From Podarcis gaigeae (Eukaryota): 64,000 bases of DNA. The stretch lies in NCBI GenBank assembly GCA_964106915.2, contig OZ066916.1; one strand, 5' to 3'. The position numbers and the translations under genes were made by a program. The notes below the pieces were generated by a model. The model was not told where the DNA came from. It was given only the letters and a program-made list of their open reading frames with translations, and did not search any database. This document shows, piece by piece, positions 24,511 through 37,672 of the stretch (position 1 is the first letter of the stretch; each line of letters opens with the position of its first letter).

Positions 24511-26089
24511 AACCTGTGGAACACCCTGCCAGTAGAGATTCTGCAGGTGCCTTCCATGTCAAATTTTAAAATGAAAACTTTTCTGTTCCTCCTATGCATG
24601 CAATTAGCAGCACATCCCCCACAATGGTCTACTGATGTTTGAGGTTTGTTTTTAATTATTTTGCTTTTAACCTGTTTTTAATTTTTTATGATTTGACTGT
24701 ATGGTTTTGTGGTTTTATATTGTTGTAACGTTTGCTATTAGTATGTCAGATTCTTTATGTGATATTAAACACAGCATAACTTTACTGCAGTATTACAAAG
24801 AAAACAACTGAAGGATTGATTAAGGTAATCTCTACATTCAACAACCATCTAACAATCCTTGACAAAAACTGTACATGTTCACAGTTTATCTTTTTATATT
24901 TCTGCATAGTTGTATAGCAGGGTATCTGATCAGTCATTTCTTTCTTCTAATTTGTTGCAGTATCAAACAAGAAATGTGTTTGCAATAATTTTAAGGCATA
25001 ATCACTAAAAACTTATTTAGTGTAATGAAATAAATTATGTGCTGGAGGACATATTAGATGCTTGAAAATTGGTATCACAGTTATAACCCAAGGCTAATGA
25101 ATTAACAAGTTATATTTTAATTAAGTACATATTCAAATTAAATGCTCTAATTAAAGTGTCATGAGTCTGCCCTGTTTCCGTGGGTGATTTTTTTTTTAAA
25201 AAAGGATATTATTCATGGGCAGGGAAGTGTACCCTGTTTAAGGAGTTTTTTGTATTATTTTTTCACAAAGTGTTGCAAAACAGTCTGTGGCCAGAAATAT
25301 AAAATGGTTGGTAACAATAATGATCACTAATGTTCAATGAACATTCCCCCCCTAAAAGTTATGTTTGATATCTGCTAAATCAATAATGTCACTTGCATGG
25401 GATTGCTGTGATACTTCTGTTTCCAGCTAGAAGCACATAACTGGACCAGAGGTCATGTTTAGTTAATAGGAAACATGGAGGTCACATTGCAAGTTATGTT
25501 GCTATTATGTGGTACTGTGTGCAATGCAACAAGCTGTCTCTCTCTCTCAGTGTCTGAGTGTGATTTTTGCTACTGTACTTAATGTCTGGACTTGCATTAA
25601 GAGCTGATTTGTGTGACATATGGGTAGCAGGAGGAACTCTGTGTTGTGCAGAAAACTTTGCATCTAATTTAAAATACTGTTTTTACCTGGCCACTGGTCC
25701 CTTCACACAGACCATTCAACATTAATACAACAACAACAACAACTTCAGGAACCCAGCAAACATTGTGCTACCACTGTGTGCACTTAGCCCCACAGCCATA
25801 GGTAAGTTAGGGATAGGTAAGTTAGGGACAGCTCTGCTGGGATTATAGCAGGACTATACATATTCTTTATATGTATTTGGTGGTGCCCTGTATTCTAACA
25901 TTCAAAGTAGCTAGAGCCAGCAAGTGATATACTTTTGAATGACTAGCACATGAATTTAACTTTGCTTTATCCATAAAGTGCCTAATGCATATGTTGTTCT
26001 AGCTGTGATGCTTCAAGGTCCTTCCTGACCTGCCTTTTTCCTGCTTGACTTTTGACATATGGAATATTGGAGACATGGCGGTTGCCATT

Positions 26090-26570
26090 CCCAAAATGCA
26101 TTAAGCAAAAAATAGTTCAAAAATTGAATTGTGCCATCATACTTTTGTTCAAGGAATGGAACAAAAGTCACTTTCAGAAGTTTAGATCAATAAGTCATTT
26201 ACCAGTTATATATAAGATTTTCACAAAAATACTAACCAACACACTTCAAGCAATTCAGATACAATCCACTAAGGGAAAAGCGGGCTTAGAAGCAATTACA
26301 GTACTTTCATCCATTTCTAAGATGCCCATTCATTATTCCCAAGATTCAATGAAAATGTATTACCATTATATTTACAGTTCATCCATTATAATGTAGCAAG
26401 TATAATGTCATATGTGGGGAGAGGAAATTAAGGGAATCTAACCGAGTGTACTAGAATGCTGCAACAGAGACATAAAGAAAATAACATTAAAAGAGGATTA
26501 TTGCAAGTGCATAAAGTATCTCAAAAATTCTTCATACTGGTATTGGAAGAAGATAAATGATTCTATTTTG
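26090..26570 (+). mobile_element. Old non-LTR (RTE-like) reverse transcriptase relic
   Basis: Peptide IILLFKEWNKSHFQKFRSISHLPVIYKIFTKILTN resembles the LINE RT motif IILLFKKGD...NYRPISLL...YKIFTKIL. A decayed IKRG...QG..SPKLF-like stretch lies near 26480-26530. Confidence 0.65.
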
Positions 26571-28414
26571 GTGAAAAGTAATCTCCCTGCCCCAAGGAGT
26601 TGATCCAGAATCTTTCAATTCATGAATTCACTTTTCAGTAGTCTGTAAATTGTACATCAATGTAAATTAATTAGTCATTAGAGAATCCATACAAATCAGG
26701 TGCACTGATGTTTATACTTCAGTACATGTAGAATGATAACACACAAGCACAAAAATTTATATAGTTGAATCAGTGACAAAGTAAATGAATGTAATAAGAA
26801 CTTTGACATTTACATCATGCTGCATTGCACATTAATTAAATTCTGCAAATTCAAATTCTGAATAGTCATGTCAGTGATACTTTTAATGATGACATCTGCT
26901 TAACCCAGCTGATTTAAAACAACCACATCAGCAACAACATTATGTCTAGTGTGGAACACATCCAAGAATTAAATTGAAGTAAGCAGAGGCTTAGCTTTAA
27001 AGATGAACTTGACTAAAGCAAAGCAATTTTAGCAAGCTTGTAATACAGCTTATAAATGCTAGCAATTTGCAAATGAAATAAGCCAACAATTTTGAGCAGC
27101 ATTTTTGACAATTCATGGAACATGGCTGAATAAAATCCAGACATCAAAACCTGAAGATTTGAGTATTTTTGGAATATGATTATGTACAACAATAGAACAA
27201 TATCATTTTGCTTAAAAGATTATGAAATTATTGTGAAGTCTGACAGGTATATAACATCATAACTTTTCAGACACTTTCACACTGCACACAAATATATGAA
27301 AAGTTGTATGGCTATGAAAAGGTATAAATGAATCAAACCCCAGACCAAAGTATGCAATCTCAGCTCAAGGACTGAGACGTGAATGGCTAAACATAAAATA
27401 GGAACCTCAGTCAAGAATGTGCAAAAAAGTACTTTGAACCCTATGGAAGAAAATTGAGTTCTAACAAGGTTACCCAAATGTCTTCAGTCAGCGTCCTTGT
27501 TTGACTAAATGTTCATGATACCATATGAAAGTTATTGCAGCATATGCATTTATTATAGATACCATTATGAAATTATATTTTTTCTAACAATCTTTTGGCC
27601 CTTGTAGTAATTCTAAAAGATATATCTCATCTCTGAGCAATTACGAGGAGTTAAATTTTACATTTTCTGCATTTTCTTAAGATCTCACTCTTTTGATCCC
27701 AGAGAAAAAAGAAAGAAAAATAATCTTGTCTCACTTAAAGAAATCTCTCAGAGGACAGGTTAGAAAATTGTTAAATTCAGTCACCAAAGTGAATGAAGCA
27801 TAGTTAGCAAGAGGCTGTTGAATAATCAAGATATTTCTTCCCAGTTAAGCGGAATCCAACTGTCCAAATTAATAACCTTAATGAGCCCAAAGAGGCATTT
27901 TTCTCTACACTAGTTTTTAAATTAATGTTGGATTCCTTCTTTGCAGGATTTAGATTAAAATATAGACTAATTTTTACAGGAGTTCACTTGAACTGAAGCT
28001 TCTGTTGTCTGTTGGCTAGAAACTATAGTGGGCTGTTTCCATTTGTTTTCTTTCACTCTTGGCAGGCTCTTTGCGCTAGCACAAGCTTCCATGAACAGGA
28101 AGGCAGGAGATGATTTCTGTATCACTTGTCTCCTTGTTACCTCCCATGCTTTCCCAAAGGGTCTTTAATCAAATGAGTAATAGTGAATCAGCAGCAATCA
28201 CCTCCTGTTCCATTTGTGGAAGCCTCCACTGAATGAAAGAGCTTTCCTTGAGTAGAAGGGTACAACTGGATACAACACTTTGTGTTTTAGTTTTCATCAA
28301 AGCAGCAGCAGACAGAGAGTAGTGTTCTCACAAGTTAAAGGCCATATTTGTTCCTCAGTTGCATCTCAGATCTGTTGATAGCAATGATACACATTAATTT
28401 GTAACTGTTAATAC

Positions 28415-28939
28415 TGTTGTGAGTTTGGGGGATTAGTCTGTATGATGCCTGAGTCACTTCTAGTTCCTGGATCCAGTAAGGGTTAAAATCTAATGGAGAA
28501 TTCAATTGTTGAATTAGCCAAGCAAGGGTTGTAGTTAAAACCTAAGTCTGGTTGTCAGAATAACAAAGGAAGCTGCTCTGTGCTAGAGAGCAAATGGTGG
28601 GCTCCCCTTTCTCACCTGCCTGGTAGTTAGTGGAAAGGACAAAAGCCAGGGCAGTTGTGAGCTGAGGGCTAGAAGCAGGCAGAAGCCATTGAGTGAGAGC
28701 CATGCTTGATTTCTGTTTGATTCCAAAGCTGTGATCATGGGAGAATCGAGACCTTCTGGAGTGTCAATGCCATGAGCCCTTCCATCTTAGGCTCAGGTTG
28801 TATATATGTGTAAATAAACCATATATCCGAATGACACCACAGTCTCCACCATCCCTCATTCTAAGGAAACCGAACCCTGGGTAGGTGCCTGGAACTCCTG
28901 GAATCTCTCACTGCTCAGAGATTGGGGTGGCATGCAACA
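28415..28939 (+). mobile_element. Solo LTR
   Basis: TGTTG...CAACA terminal inverted repeat, 4-bp TSD ATAC (28411-28414, 28940-28943), AATAAA at 28813-28818. Confidence 0.8.
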
Positions 28940-29100
28940 ATACTTTATCATCTTTTCAGGAGTCATGTGTCAGATTTCTGTTGTAGATTGTTTTATGTCT
29001 GACTGCTAGAAAATGGAATATTAGTATAATCTAAGGATGAAATCTGTCTCTCATTCCTGCACAGCTGCAGCTTAAATAGACCCCTCACACCTTCTCAGCT

Positions 29101-29452
29101 GTTGTTGTTGTTTGGTTGTTTAGTTGTGTCTGACTCTTCGTGACCCGATAGACCAGAGCACGCCAGGCACTCCTGTCTTCCACTGCCTCCCGCAGTTTGG
29201 TCAGACTCATGTTGGTAGCTTCGAGAACACTATCCAACCATCTTGTCCTCTGTCTTCCCCTCTCCTTGTGCCCTCCATCTTTCCCAACATCAGGGTCTTT
29301 TCCAGGGAGTCTTCTCTTCTCATGAGATGGCCAAAGTACTGGAGTCTCAGCTTCAGGATCTGTCCTTCCAGTGAGCACTCAGGGCTGATTTCCTTAAGAA
29401 TGGATAGGTTTGATCTTCTTGCAGTCCATGGGACTTTGTTGGCAAGGTGATG
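29101..29452 (-). mobile_element. BovB (RTE) LINE 3' fragment
   Basis: Minus strand encodes RQRTRWLDSVLEATNMSLTKLREAVEDRSAWRALV, typical of the BovB ORF end. (CAA)n tail. Candidate TSD TCAGCT. Confidence 0.9.
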
Positions 29453-29579
29453 TCAGCTTATCATTGGTAACTCTTAGTTAGCTTGCAGACTAGAGTGCTA
29501 GGGAAGAGAGGTAGTCTGGGTGAGTATGTGGAAAACACAAGCAACTGGGCTCTCTTTCTTAGTATGTATGTACAGTATG

Positions 29580-30010
29580 CATGTATGTATGTATTTTCTA
29601 TATCACCCTTCTTTCTAAAAAAAGCCTAGGTCACCATACAGCAAAGCAGCAAAAGAATTACAATTACAAAAGCATTAAGAATATCTAAAAACATTTTAAA
29701 AACAGCCACATATCCTCACAGCTAATCATTTCATTCTTGCCAGAAACAGTCATCCAACGTCTGGGTGAACAGGAATGCTTTAAAATTCTTCCAAAATGTT
29801 AGTAACGAGGGCAACAGGTGCACTTCACCAAGGAGGGCATTTCACAATTACCCAAGAAGGCCCTATTTTGAGTCAGTGCCAAGTGGGTAGCCCCCACAGC
29901 AGCGTCCCCAACAGGGCCTCCCCTGCCAGTCATAGGGCCTGAGGTGGTTCATACTGAGGGAGGCACTATTGTAAGCACTTGGGTCCAAAGCTGTTTAGGA
30001 CTTGGACCAT
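29580..30010 (-). mobile_element. Older L2-like LINE 3' fragment
   Basis: Degenerate similarity to the young L2 3' region (GGAGGGCATTTCAC...AAGAAGGCCC..., CCAAAGCTGTTTAGGAC). Confidence 0.5.
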
Positions 30011-30094
30011 CTTCAAGGGCACATACAAGTGCATTAGAGTAGTTCAGGAAGGAGGCCTTAAGAAAGAAAATATATTGGTAAGCTTTGGACAGAT

Positions 30095-30266
30095 GCGCTC
30101 CTCTGATTTTGCCAGAAGCAGCTTAGTCATGCTGGCCACATGACCCGGAAAAACTTTCTGTGGACAAATGTCGGCTCCCTTGGCCAGTAAAGCGAGATGA
30201 GCTTTGCAACCCCAGAGTCATTTGTGACTAGACTTAACTGTCAGGGGTCCTTTACCTTCACCTTTA
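30095..30266 (+). mobile_element. Sauria SINE, 5'-truncated
   Basis: GCCAGAAGCAGCTTAGTCATGCTGGCCACATGACCC...GGGGTCCTTTACCTTCACCTTTA matches the 3' half of the other two copies. Confidence 0.85.
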
Positions 30267-32231
30267 ATATAATTGCAGTTCATAATTCTTTAATATGTAC
30301 ATTCCGCAAGAAGATATAAAAACACAAACTTGCAGTACAAATATCATATTATTTGTTTGATATGCCACCTTGTTTGCTAACCTTACCTTATTGTGTGAGT
30401 TTTCATGGATAAATATTTTCACTGTAAGATATTTGAAGCGCAAATGAACTAATAATGCAGCTTATAGTGATACTAGTTGATGAAGCTAAGGATAGTCAAC
30501 CTATACATTTCTGATATGCTTGGTATAATGTTAAGTGTAAAAATACTCCAGGCTTAAGAGATTTTCCAATCTAACTAAAGACTGCTGTGAATGCATCATC
30601 TTTTTATTCCTGTCCCAAGACTGTTTAAAATATTAGTGGGGAAGTATCCCTTCAGAATTCAGGAAAGCCAGCTCACTAACACTAACTCCTATATTAGCTC
30701 TCCCTTTTTAGCTTTTTCTTTTTAGAAACACATTATTAAAAGTAAACATTTACCTTTTAAACAACAAAGGTCTTAAAAGATATGTGATTATTTAAATAAA
30801 AATTCTCCATACCTGACATTTAATGTGCCACTAAGACTTTCTATTCTTAATCCAAGTGGTTGTAAAACACATTCGGATATTAAAGTGGGATCCAGCTCAG
30901 GTCATTGTTCTTCAAAACTCATATTTTCTCACCTAATTTCCTCTGCTTTGGCAAAGGATTTATCTGGATTCCTTTCAGTGCTTGTTTTTAAGTCTCTCCT
31001 GCTGGAGCTTTGATAAGAAATATTAAAGGAGGGGGAGACTTTGTCACCATTAGATGGCTCACTATGAATGTGCTTCTGATGGCACCAGTAATGCCCCCCC
31101 CCCCCCGCTTTTGAAGTCCCCGCTGTGGCGATTGTTTTCAACAGTGCATGACTCATTCACAGGAAAAATGCCCAAGTTCTAGAATAGTAAGAGACCCAGG
31201 TCTTGCTCCAGGGACAGTGTTCCCAAACTGCAGCCGAAAGCAAAGAGTTCTATTTGCCTCCTGTTACTGCTGGCTCCTTTGTTTCTTGTGTCCTTGGCAG
31301 AAGCTGAAAGAACTGGGCTTGTAAGGCTCGGGTCCTGTTGTGCCACTTCAAGAAATAATAAGCCATTGTCTTCATTAAGCAAGCCTTGTTTTAGCAAACA
31401 GAATCCAAATGCTTGAAATGGGAACTTAAAAAAAAAAAGAGTGAGAGAAAGAAAGAGAAAGAATTAAATCAGGACTGCTTTGCAAAATTCCCTAGAGAAA
31501 ACCGCTTTTTGTTTCCCTTTCTTAAATTGCCGCTTAGTGAGAAGATTCATATTCAAATAGGATAGGGTTGTGAATTGGTCGTTTGCACATTCTCATGCAC
31601 CCAGGAAGTCTATGATTATGGCTAATTACAATGCCGAATGAAATACTAAAAAGAGCGCTCAATCAAATTGTTGTTCATGCATGAGGTAACTCAGGCCAGC
31701 CAATGGAGGTGTGATTTTTGGTAATTACAAACAGTGTGGCGAGTTGAAAATAGCTTAGTAAATCTATTCAAGACAAAATAAGGCCTAATTAATCACTCTA
31801 GGTTCTGAATTCCCAGATGATCAGCATGCTCTATTCATTTTGGTGCTCTTTTACCAGACTCCATCTACAGGAGATGAATGCCTCCCTCCTTACTGCCTAC
31901 ATTTTTGCCGGCTAGAGCAATGCAACTGTTTCAAAGTACTTGGAGCTTTCATTTGTACTGCAAACTATTTTTACAGCTAGGAGATGGAATGCTAGAAAAA
32001 TAAACACAGCAATATTTGCTGTGTATTGGAGGTAATGTTACTGTGAGATGTTATCTGACATTTATTTCAGTGTGAAATGGAGGAGACTTTTGGAAAGTGT
32101 AGAATTCTGTTCAGCTGCAGCTGAATGTTTTGCCTTTTTCTTTCAAATATACCATTTAATTTGTGTTTCTAGTATGTTGTAGCAAGATACATGTTGCCAT
32201 GTATCTGAATTCAGTACTAGAACACTATGGG

Positions 32232-32328
32232 AAATAATAAAAATAATAATTTATTATTTATACCCCGCTCATCTGGCTGGGTTTCCCCAGCCACTCTGGG
32301 CAGCTTCCAACAAAGTATTAAAATACAG
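32232..32328 (-). mobile_element. L2-clade LINE short 3' end
   Basis: TTTATACCCCGCTCATCTGGCTGGGTTTCCCCAGCCACTCTGGG is the reverse complement of the L2 terminus. Confidence 0.82.
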
Positions 32329-32987
32329 TGTTATGTTTATATTTTTTATATTCATAAAGATAATTTCTGATATTTTAATAACATAATTTAGTCACATACA
32401 ACATTTACATTTTAAAATAAAGGCAGGCTAGTAGATAAGGGATAAAACATTTACAGCACAATTCTATACATGTCTACTCAGAAGTCATCTTATTGAATCA
32501 ATGGAATTTACTCCCAGGTAAATATATATATATATCACAGTCTTAATTAGATATGATGGTAAGCTTCTTCTTTTTTAAGGAATTCTGATACCTCAATTCC
32601 CACTTTCAGATTTCTTCTTTCATTATCAGTTTGATTTTTCCTTAAAATAATTCAAATACTCTATGTATCATTCTTTTTGAATGACTAAAAACATCTTAGA
32701 TAGACAAGGTGATGCATTTTTAAAGAAACCTTCTTGCCTGCAGTTGATTTTTTAAAAAGGCTTTTGCCTAGGACTGCATTTTAAAATAAAATACACAAGA
32801 ATGCAATATTACACCCACCTCTTACCTGGAAGTAGATTCCGCTGAACTCAATGGGGTCTACATCTGAAGTAGACATGTATTGCAGTGCACTGTAAAACTT
32901 TAAGAGCATGCATCAGTGTCTGCTTTATCATTCAGCTTCCTCCTCCTTCCATGTTCACATGCTACACTGATATGTCATTATTTTAGT

Positions 32988-33140
32988 CATAAGACCATAA
33001 GAAGAGCTCTGCTGGATCCAGGCCCAAGGTCAGTCTAGTCCAACATCCTGTTCTTACAGTGGTCAATTAAATGCTTATAGGAAGCCTGAAAGCACAACTT
33101 GAGTGCTCAGCGGTTGTCATTTCCCCAAAACAACTGTTTG
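32988..33140 (-). mobile_element. CR1-type LINE 3' end (old)
   Basis: CATAAGACCATAAGAAGAGC...CTGCTGGATC...TCTAGTCCAACATCCTGTTC has an 8-bp tail repeat typical of reptile CR1 3' ends. Confidence 0.6.
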
Positions 33141-34977
33141 TTTGCTGCCCTTTTATGGTACTCCAGAATCTGACCATACCTAATGGTGGAACCAGCTCTC
33201 GTTCTCATGGAATCAAGGAATAAGAAAGAAAGAAATCTGCTTGTGCAGTTTGGTGCAAAAAGACAATGCATGTACAAACCTATTATTTGGATATGTTTAA
33301 TTTCCTTGTGCAAGCTACTCAAGAGGAAAAAGCTTCTTTCTGATGGCAGAAGGGAATCTCTAGATTTTGGCCTGTGTTGATGAGATTACAAATGGTGGTC
33401 CAGTTCATATGTAACGCTAAGGCAGACCATAATTACATGTGAATGCATGAGCATGCAGGCACTCAGAATAAAAACTGAGGCTGCTTCACTCTTTCCCCTA
33501 ACCATTCTGTTACTGTGCTAAACCATGAATTGGCTTAGCTTGTGGTTTGTCTTCTCCGGATGAACTACAAGCTGTAAACACAAGAACATACCTTATTTAT
33601 AGCTTTTGTTTTGTCTGGAGTGAGATAAACCATAAGCCTTGGTTCAGATGTAACCCAAACTAGCACAGCCACAGTGTGACTGTAGATTGACTTACCGTAT
33701 TTACTGTAGGTAGCCACACACTCATGAGTTAATTTGAAGCCATGGTTTTGCATGTACTGTTACATGCAAACCAGGCCACTGACAAAAACTCTGATTTTTC
33801 TAGTCCTTGAGAGCGGTTAATAGAGGGAAGAAAATAACTGAAATTGCAGGATAGTATTTATATTAAATAATATAGATCCTCCATGTATCTAGTGTGCGCC
33901 CTGGATAGGATTTTGGCCACTCAGACAGAGCACATGGAGTCAGCAGCAAAATCAATGTATTATCTTCATTTCAAACATTTTAAGTATTGGTTCTCATTTT
34001 TTTCTGCATACAAAGGTAGTTAATTGATTAAATTTTGTACAAAATGCAGCATTTTGTAAATATACAAATTTTAGGATAAGCTCCTTTTCTGTCCAGCTAT
34101 GTAAAAGACTGTAAGCTGCAGAATAAATGGCATTTATTTTCAACCTTTAACCTTTGGACCAGTAATCTGTCCACTAATCTCCTCTGGGACTACTTCTAAC
34201 ATTCCATACATGTCAGCAGTTTCAGTCAAATCTCTTATATACCACAGGCAGGGGGGAGAGGGGAGGGTTTTTTTGGCTAATATGTGGATCAGATAAAAAT
34301 GGATTGAAAATTTATACTTTTGCTATCTGTTCTTTTTCAGTGAGAAGTCTCCCTCTCCTCCTTTTTTTTATCTCTGCAATCTTGTGAACTGTCAGGGCCA
34401 GAAATGAGAAGGCTCTAGACTCTGGAGATGCAGGAATAAATAAAAAGCACAGGTCCAGTAAACTTTTTTTAAAAAGCCTCTATGTTTTCTCTCCCCCAAA
34501 ATATGGTATGACCTATACAACCCACTCATAATCTTGCTGCTGTAAAGCTGCTGTCTCCTGATCTTCCCAACTGAAAAACAATGTGAACAAAATGCTTCCT
34601 CCTTCTGTGTCTGCATGGCAATGCCTTTCATAAATATTATATACTAAAGCCTCACAGAATAATTGATAGCCATTTTTAAACTAAGGTTTAAGGTAATAAA
34701 ATTGGCTAGGAAGAAAAGGGAGGAGTTATGTTGCTGGTTTGATGCTACACTCAGTATAAACCAAGTCAGGTTTATTAAAGTGGCCATTTTTTTTTATGGT
34801 GGCTATTAATAAGTTGCAGAAAGACAGAATGCTACATGTGGTGGAGGTGTTGTTCCATGACTATTTTATAAAACACCTGCTTCTCTGATTGACAGGCTGC
34901 TTGGCCAAACTCTTCTGTGCCCCAAAGTATTATTGTGGCAAACTGTTAATGCTGTATAAATAACTGGAGTAAGAGGA

Positions 34978-35152
34978 AGGGCCATACATAGGTCAGTGAT
35001 CAAACACATGCTTTCTGTGCAAGGTTGAATCTCTGGCATCTTTGGGTAGTGCTAGGATTGTGAAAGATTCCTGTCTGGAACCCTGGAGAGCCACTGTAGA
35101 GATAGTACTGGGCTTGGTGGACTAATGCTCTGACCATGTTTATAAGGCAGCT
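34978..35152 (+). mobile_element. Squam3-like tRNA-derived SINE (decayed)
   Basis: GGGCCATA...TCAGTG head, then CCTGTCTGGAACCCTGGAGAGCCACTG...TACTGGGCTTGGTGGACTAATG...TATAAGGCAGCT body. Confidence 0.65.
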
Positions 35153-37470
35153 ATGAGTGGTATAGTACCTAGTAGTCTAGATCTGTGTCAAGCTGGATGT
35201 CCTTAGGGTGATTGTTATAATTTCTGAGGCCTAGGATCTCAAATATAGAATATGACACCCTAGAAACAAGTGTAATACTTTCTGTAGCATATACTCCTTA
35301 TAGAATCCTGAAAAACCAAGGTCTTATTTTTAAGCAAACTATTAAGGCTCTAGTCTAGCCCCTTTGTAAAGTCTTCCTTACATGTTTCTCAGTGGAATCC
35401 ACCAGGGGGTGTGCTAGCACAGCACAGCCCCTTGCAAATCTGGAAACGTGGGAGAATGCCCTTTAGGGGAGAACAAAAGCACATCAATTATATTCCTATG
35501 AGGGTGTTGTTTCATGCAGCTTCTGAAATTGGTGGTTTGGTGTCTGCTTGCTTAATTGTGTGGCAGCAACTTTCAGACAGATCAAGCCTTGTACATACGT
35601 GTCATTGTTTTGGAACAGATCTAGAACCTAACAAACATTGGAATTTCCACCCTCTCTTTATTGAAAAGGATGCATGGTGCTTGCATTTAATGCAAAGCAA
35701 TCATGGAAGAGTCAAGGCTGCACTTGTGAGCAGACTGCTCGTAATAAACGGAGGGGTTTCATAACGTAATTTGGTCCTTTAGCTTTTATAGGCTGAACAT
35801 CATACCAATGACTTAAGGTTTGAACAAAAGAAACACCAACGTTGGTATTTAGATCAACATATAATTATACTTTGTAAAGGAAGAATAACACAATTGATAG
35901 TGAAGGAAAGGCTCATAAATTTTAGTCTTTTGAATATTTTCACAGCAGTAAAAAATTATATATGGTAACTTTTCATGTCATATATCTGCAGTTTTGGCCG
36001 TCATACAACAACTGCAGTTAAGTGATTATGTCACAAGCAAACCTGTTTTTCCATGTTACAGACATTTAGAGGGCAGGATTTATTTTTCATACGCATATTT
36101 GTGGACATGTGCACTTTCATTGAACTTGGAAGCTATTCCAAGTATTTTGTTTTTTAAACTTTCTCCTGCACACCCCACCCTACCCATGGGCTTGCATCTG
36201 CCATGTCACTGTAATACTTCATGTGTAAACTCAGTCTGAGGTTATAAAAACAATAACGCGTAAACTCCACTAAATCCAAAGAAACTAACTTGAAGGTGTA
36301 AGTTCTTGATAGTCTTTATTTATTTAGCATTTCTGTTTCACTTCTTGGCTGCCAAAAGCAGGGAACAATAAAAAAATCATTTGTGGAAAAACATACTAAA
36401 ATTATTTCTAAGCCAGATACACAATAAAGAGCAGAACCTAACAAAATGGTAAAACAATGCATTTCAGAGGATCATCCTACCATGGAGCAACTTTTCAGAG
36501 AGCTGTAACAGGGGCTGGAGAATATTACCTTCTCCCCCTTCTTCCAGCAGATACCCTGGGAGTAGAACTCCAATTATGAGACTCCTAGATCCACCCCACA
36601 CTATAATGCCAATGGGAAAGTGACCAGCTTCTCCTGCCATAGAACACATTGAGGGTGGTGCATACTAAGTGGCACATGTGTCTGGGAACAGGACAGCTTC
36701 ATTCTCTCATATTTTCCACCTAAGGGTCTTGAAGACTGTTATTTAGGTTCTACTGGCTAGAATCTAGATCATTTTGGATCATCCCTTCTTCTTGCATTTT
36801 ATTATATATGTGTTGAGGCTTGTATACCACTCCAAGTACCACTTGCAGTAGAGAGCTGCAGCTGACAAATGTTGAAAATTAATGAGAATGAATGCTATTT
36901 TGACAGCTCAGTGTGGAGTGTCATACCCAGCTGTTGCTGTACTTGTTGAAGGCATGAACAGCCATGTGCAACAGCATTCCACCCAGGATAATTAAGAAGA
37001 CCAACAGCTGAATTTTCCCTTATGACTGAATGTATGTTACACAACCTAACAGGAATTGACATGCACTGGTTGCATGGTAACCTACAGCTGCTCCAATAAG
37101 AATATCCTTCAGCCAGTGATGAGAAGTAAAGGCATCTTGAAGTTTTAAGCACGGTCAAGTGGAAAGTGAGTTAGCTCTGCTGAAACTCTACTAAAGCCGG
37201 GAACAGACAAACCATATAGAAAGAGTTTGTCATCACTGAGTAGAGAACTAGGAAATAGGGAAGCCAACGGCATAATGAAGGAAGGAAAGTGACTGGGCCA
37301 ATATTATATAAGTGCTCTCAGCCAGTCCACAGTACTGACCAATATCTTCCTTTGCTGCCTTGCAAAATTTGTTACAAAGAATACTTAACATTTGCCACCT
37401 TTTCCTATGTGAAGAGCCCCTTTTGAATCACCACACCTTACTACAGCTTTACAAATAGCAACTTTTTCAC

Positions 37471-37672
37471 ATTTACATCCTACCTTTACTCTAAGGAGCT
37501 CAAATTGGCATACATAGTTCCCATTTTATCATCACAACAACTCTGTGAGGTAGGTTAGGCTGAGAGTGAGTGATTTGCCTGAGGCCATCTGGTGAGCTTC
37601 ATGTCTAAGTGGAGATTTGAACCCTGGTCTCCCAGGCCATGGTCCAGTATTCCAACACTACATCACACCGGT
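37471..37672 (-). mobile_element. MIR/CORE-like SINE
   Basis: CCCATTTTATCATCACAACAACTCTGTGAGGTAGGTTAGGCTGAGAG...GATTTGAACCCTGGTCTCC resembles a CORE domain plus a B-box on the minus strand. Confidence 0.7.

Noticed and set aside
25798-25827. 15-bp tandem duplication ATAGGTAAGTTAGGG x2 with donor-like GGTAAGT
   Set aside because: A simple slippage duplication. I found no convincing upstream acceptor or exon.
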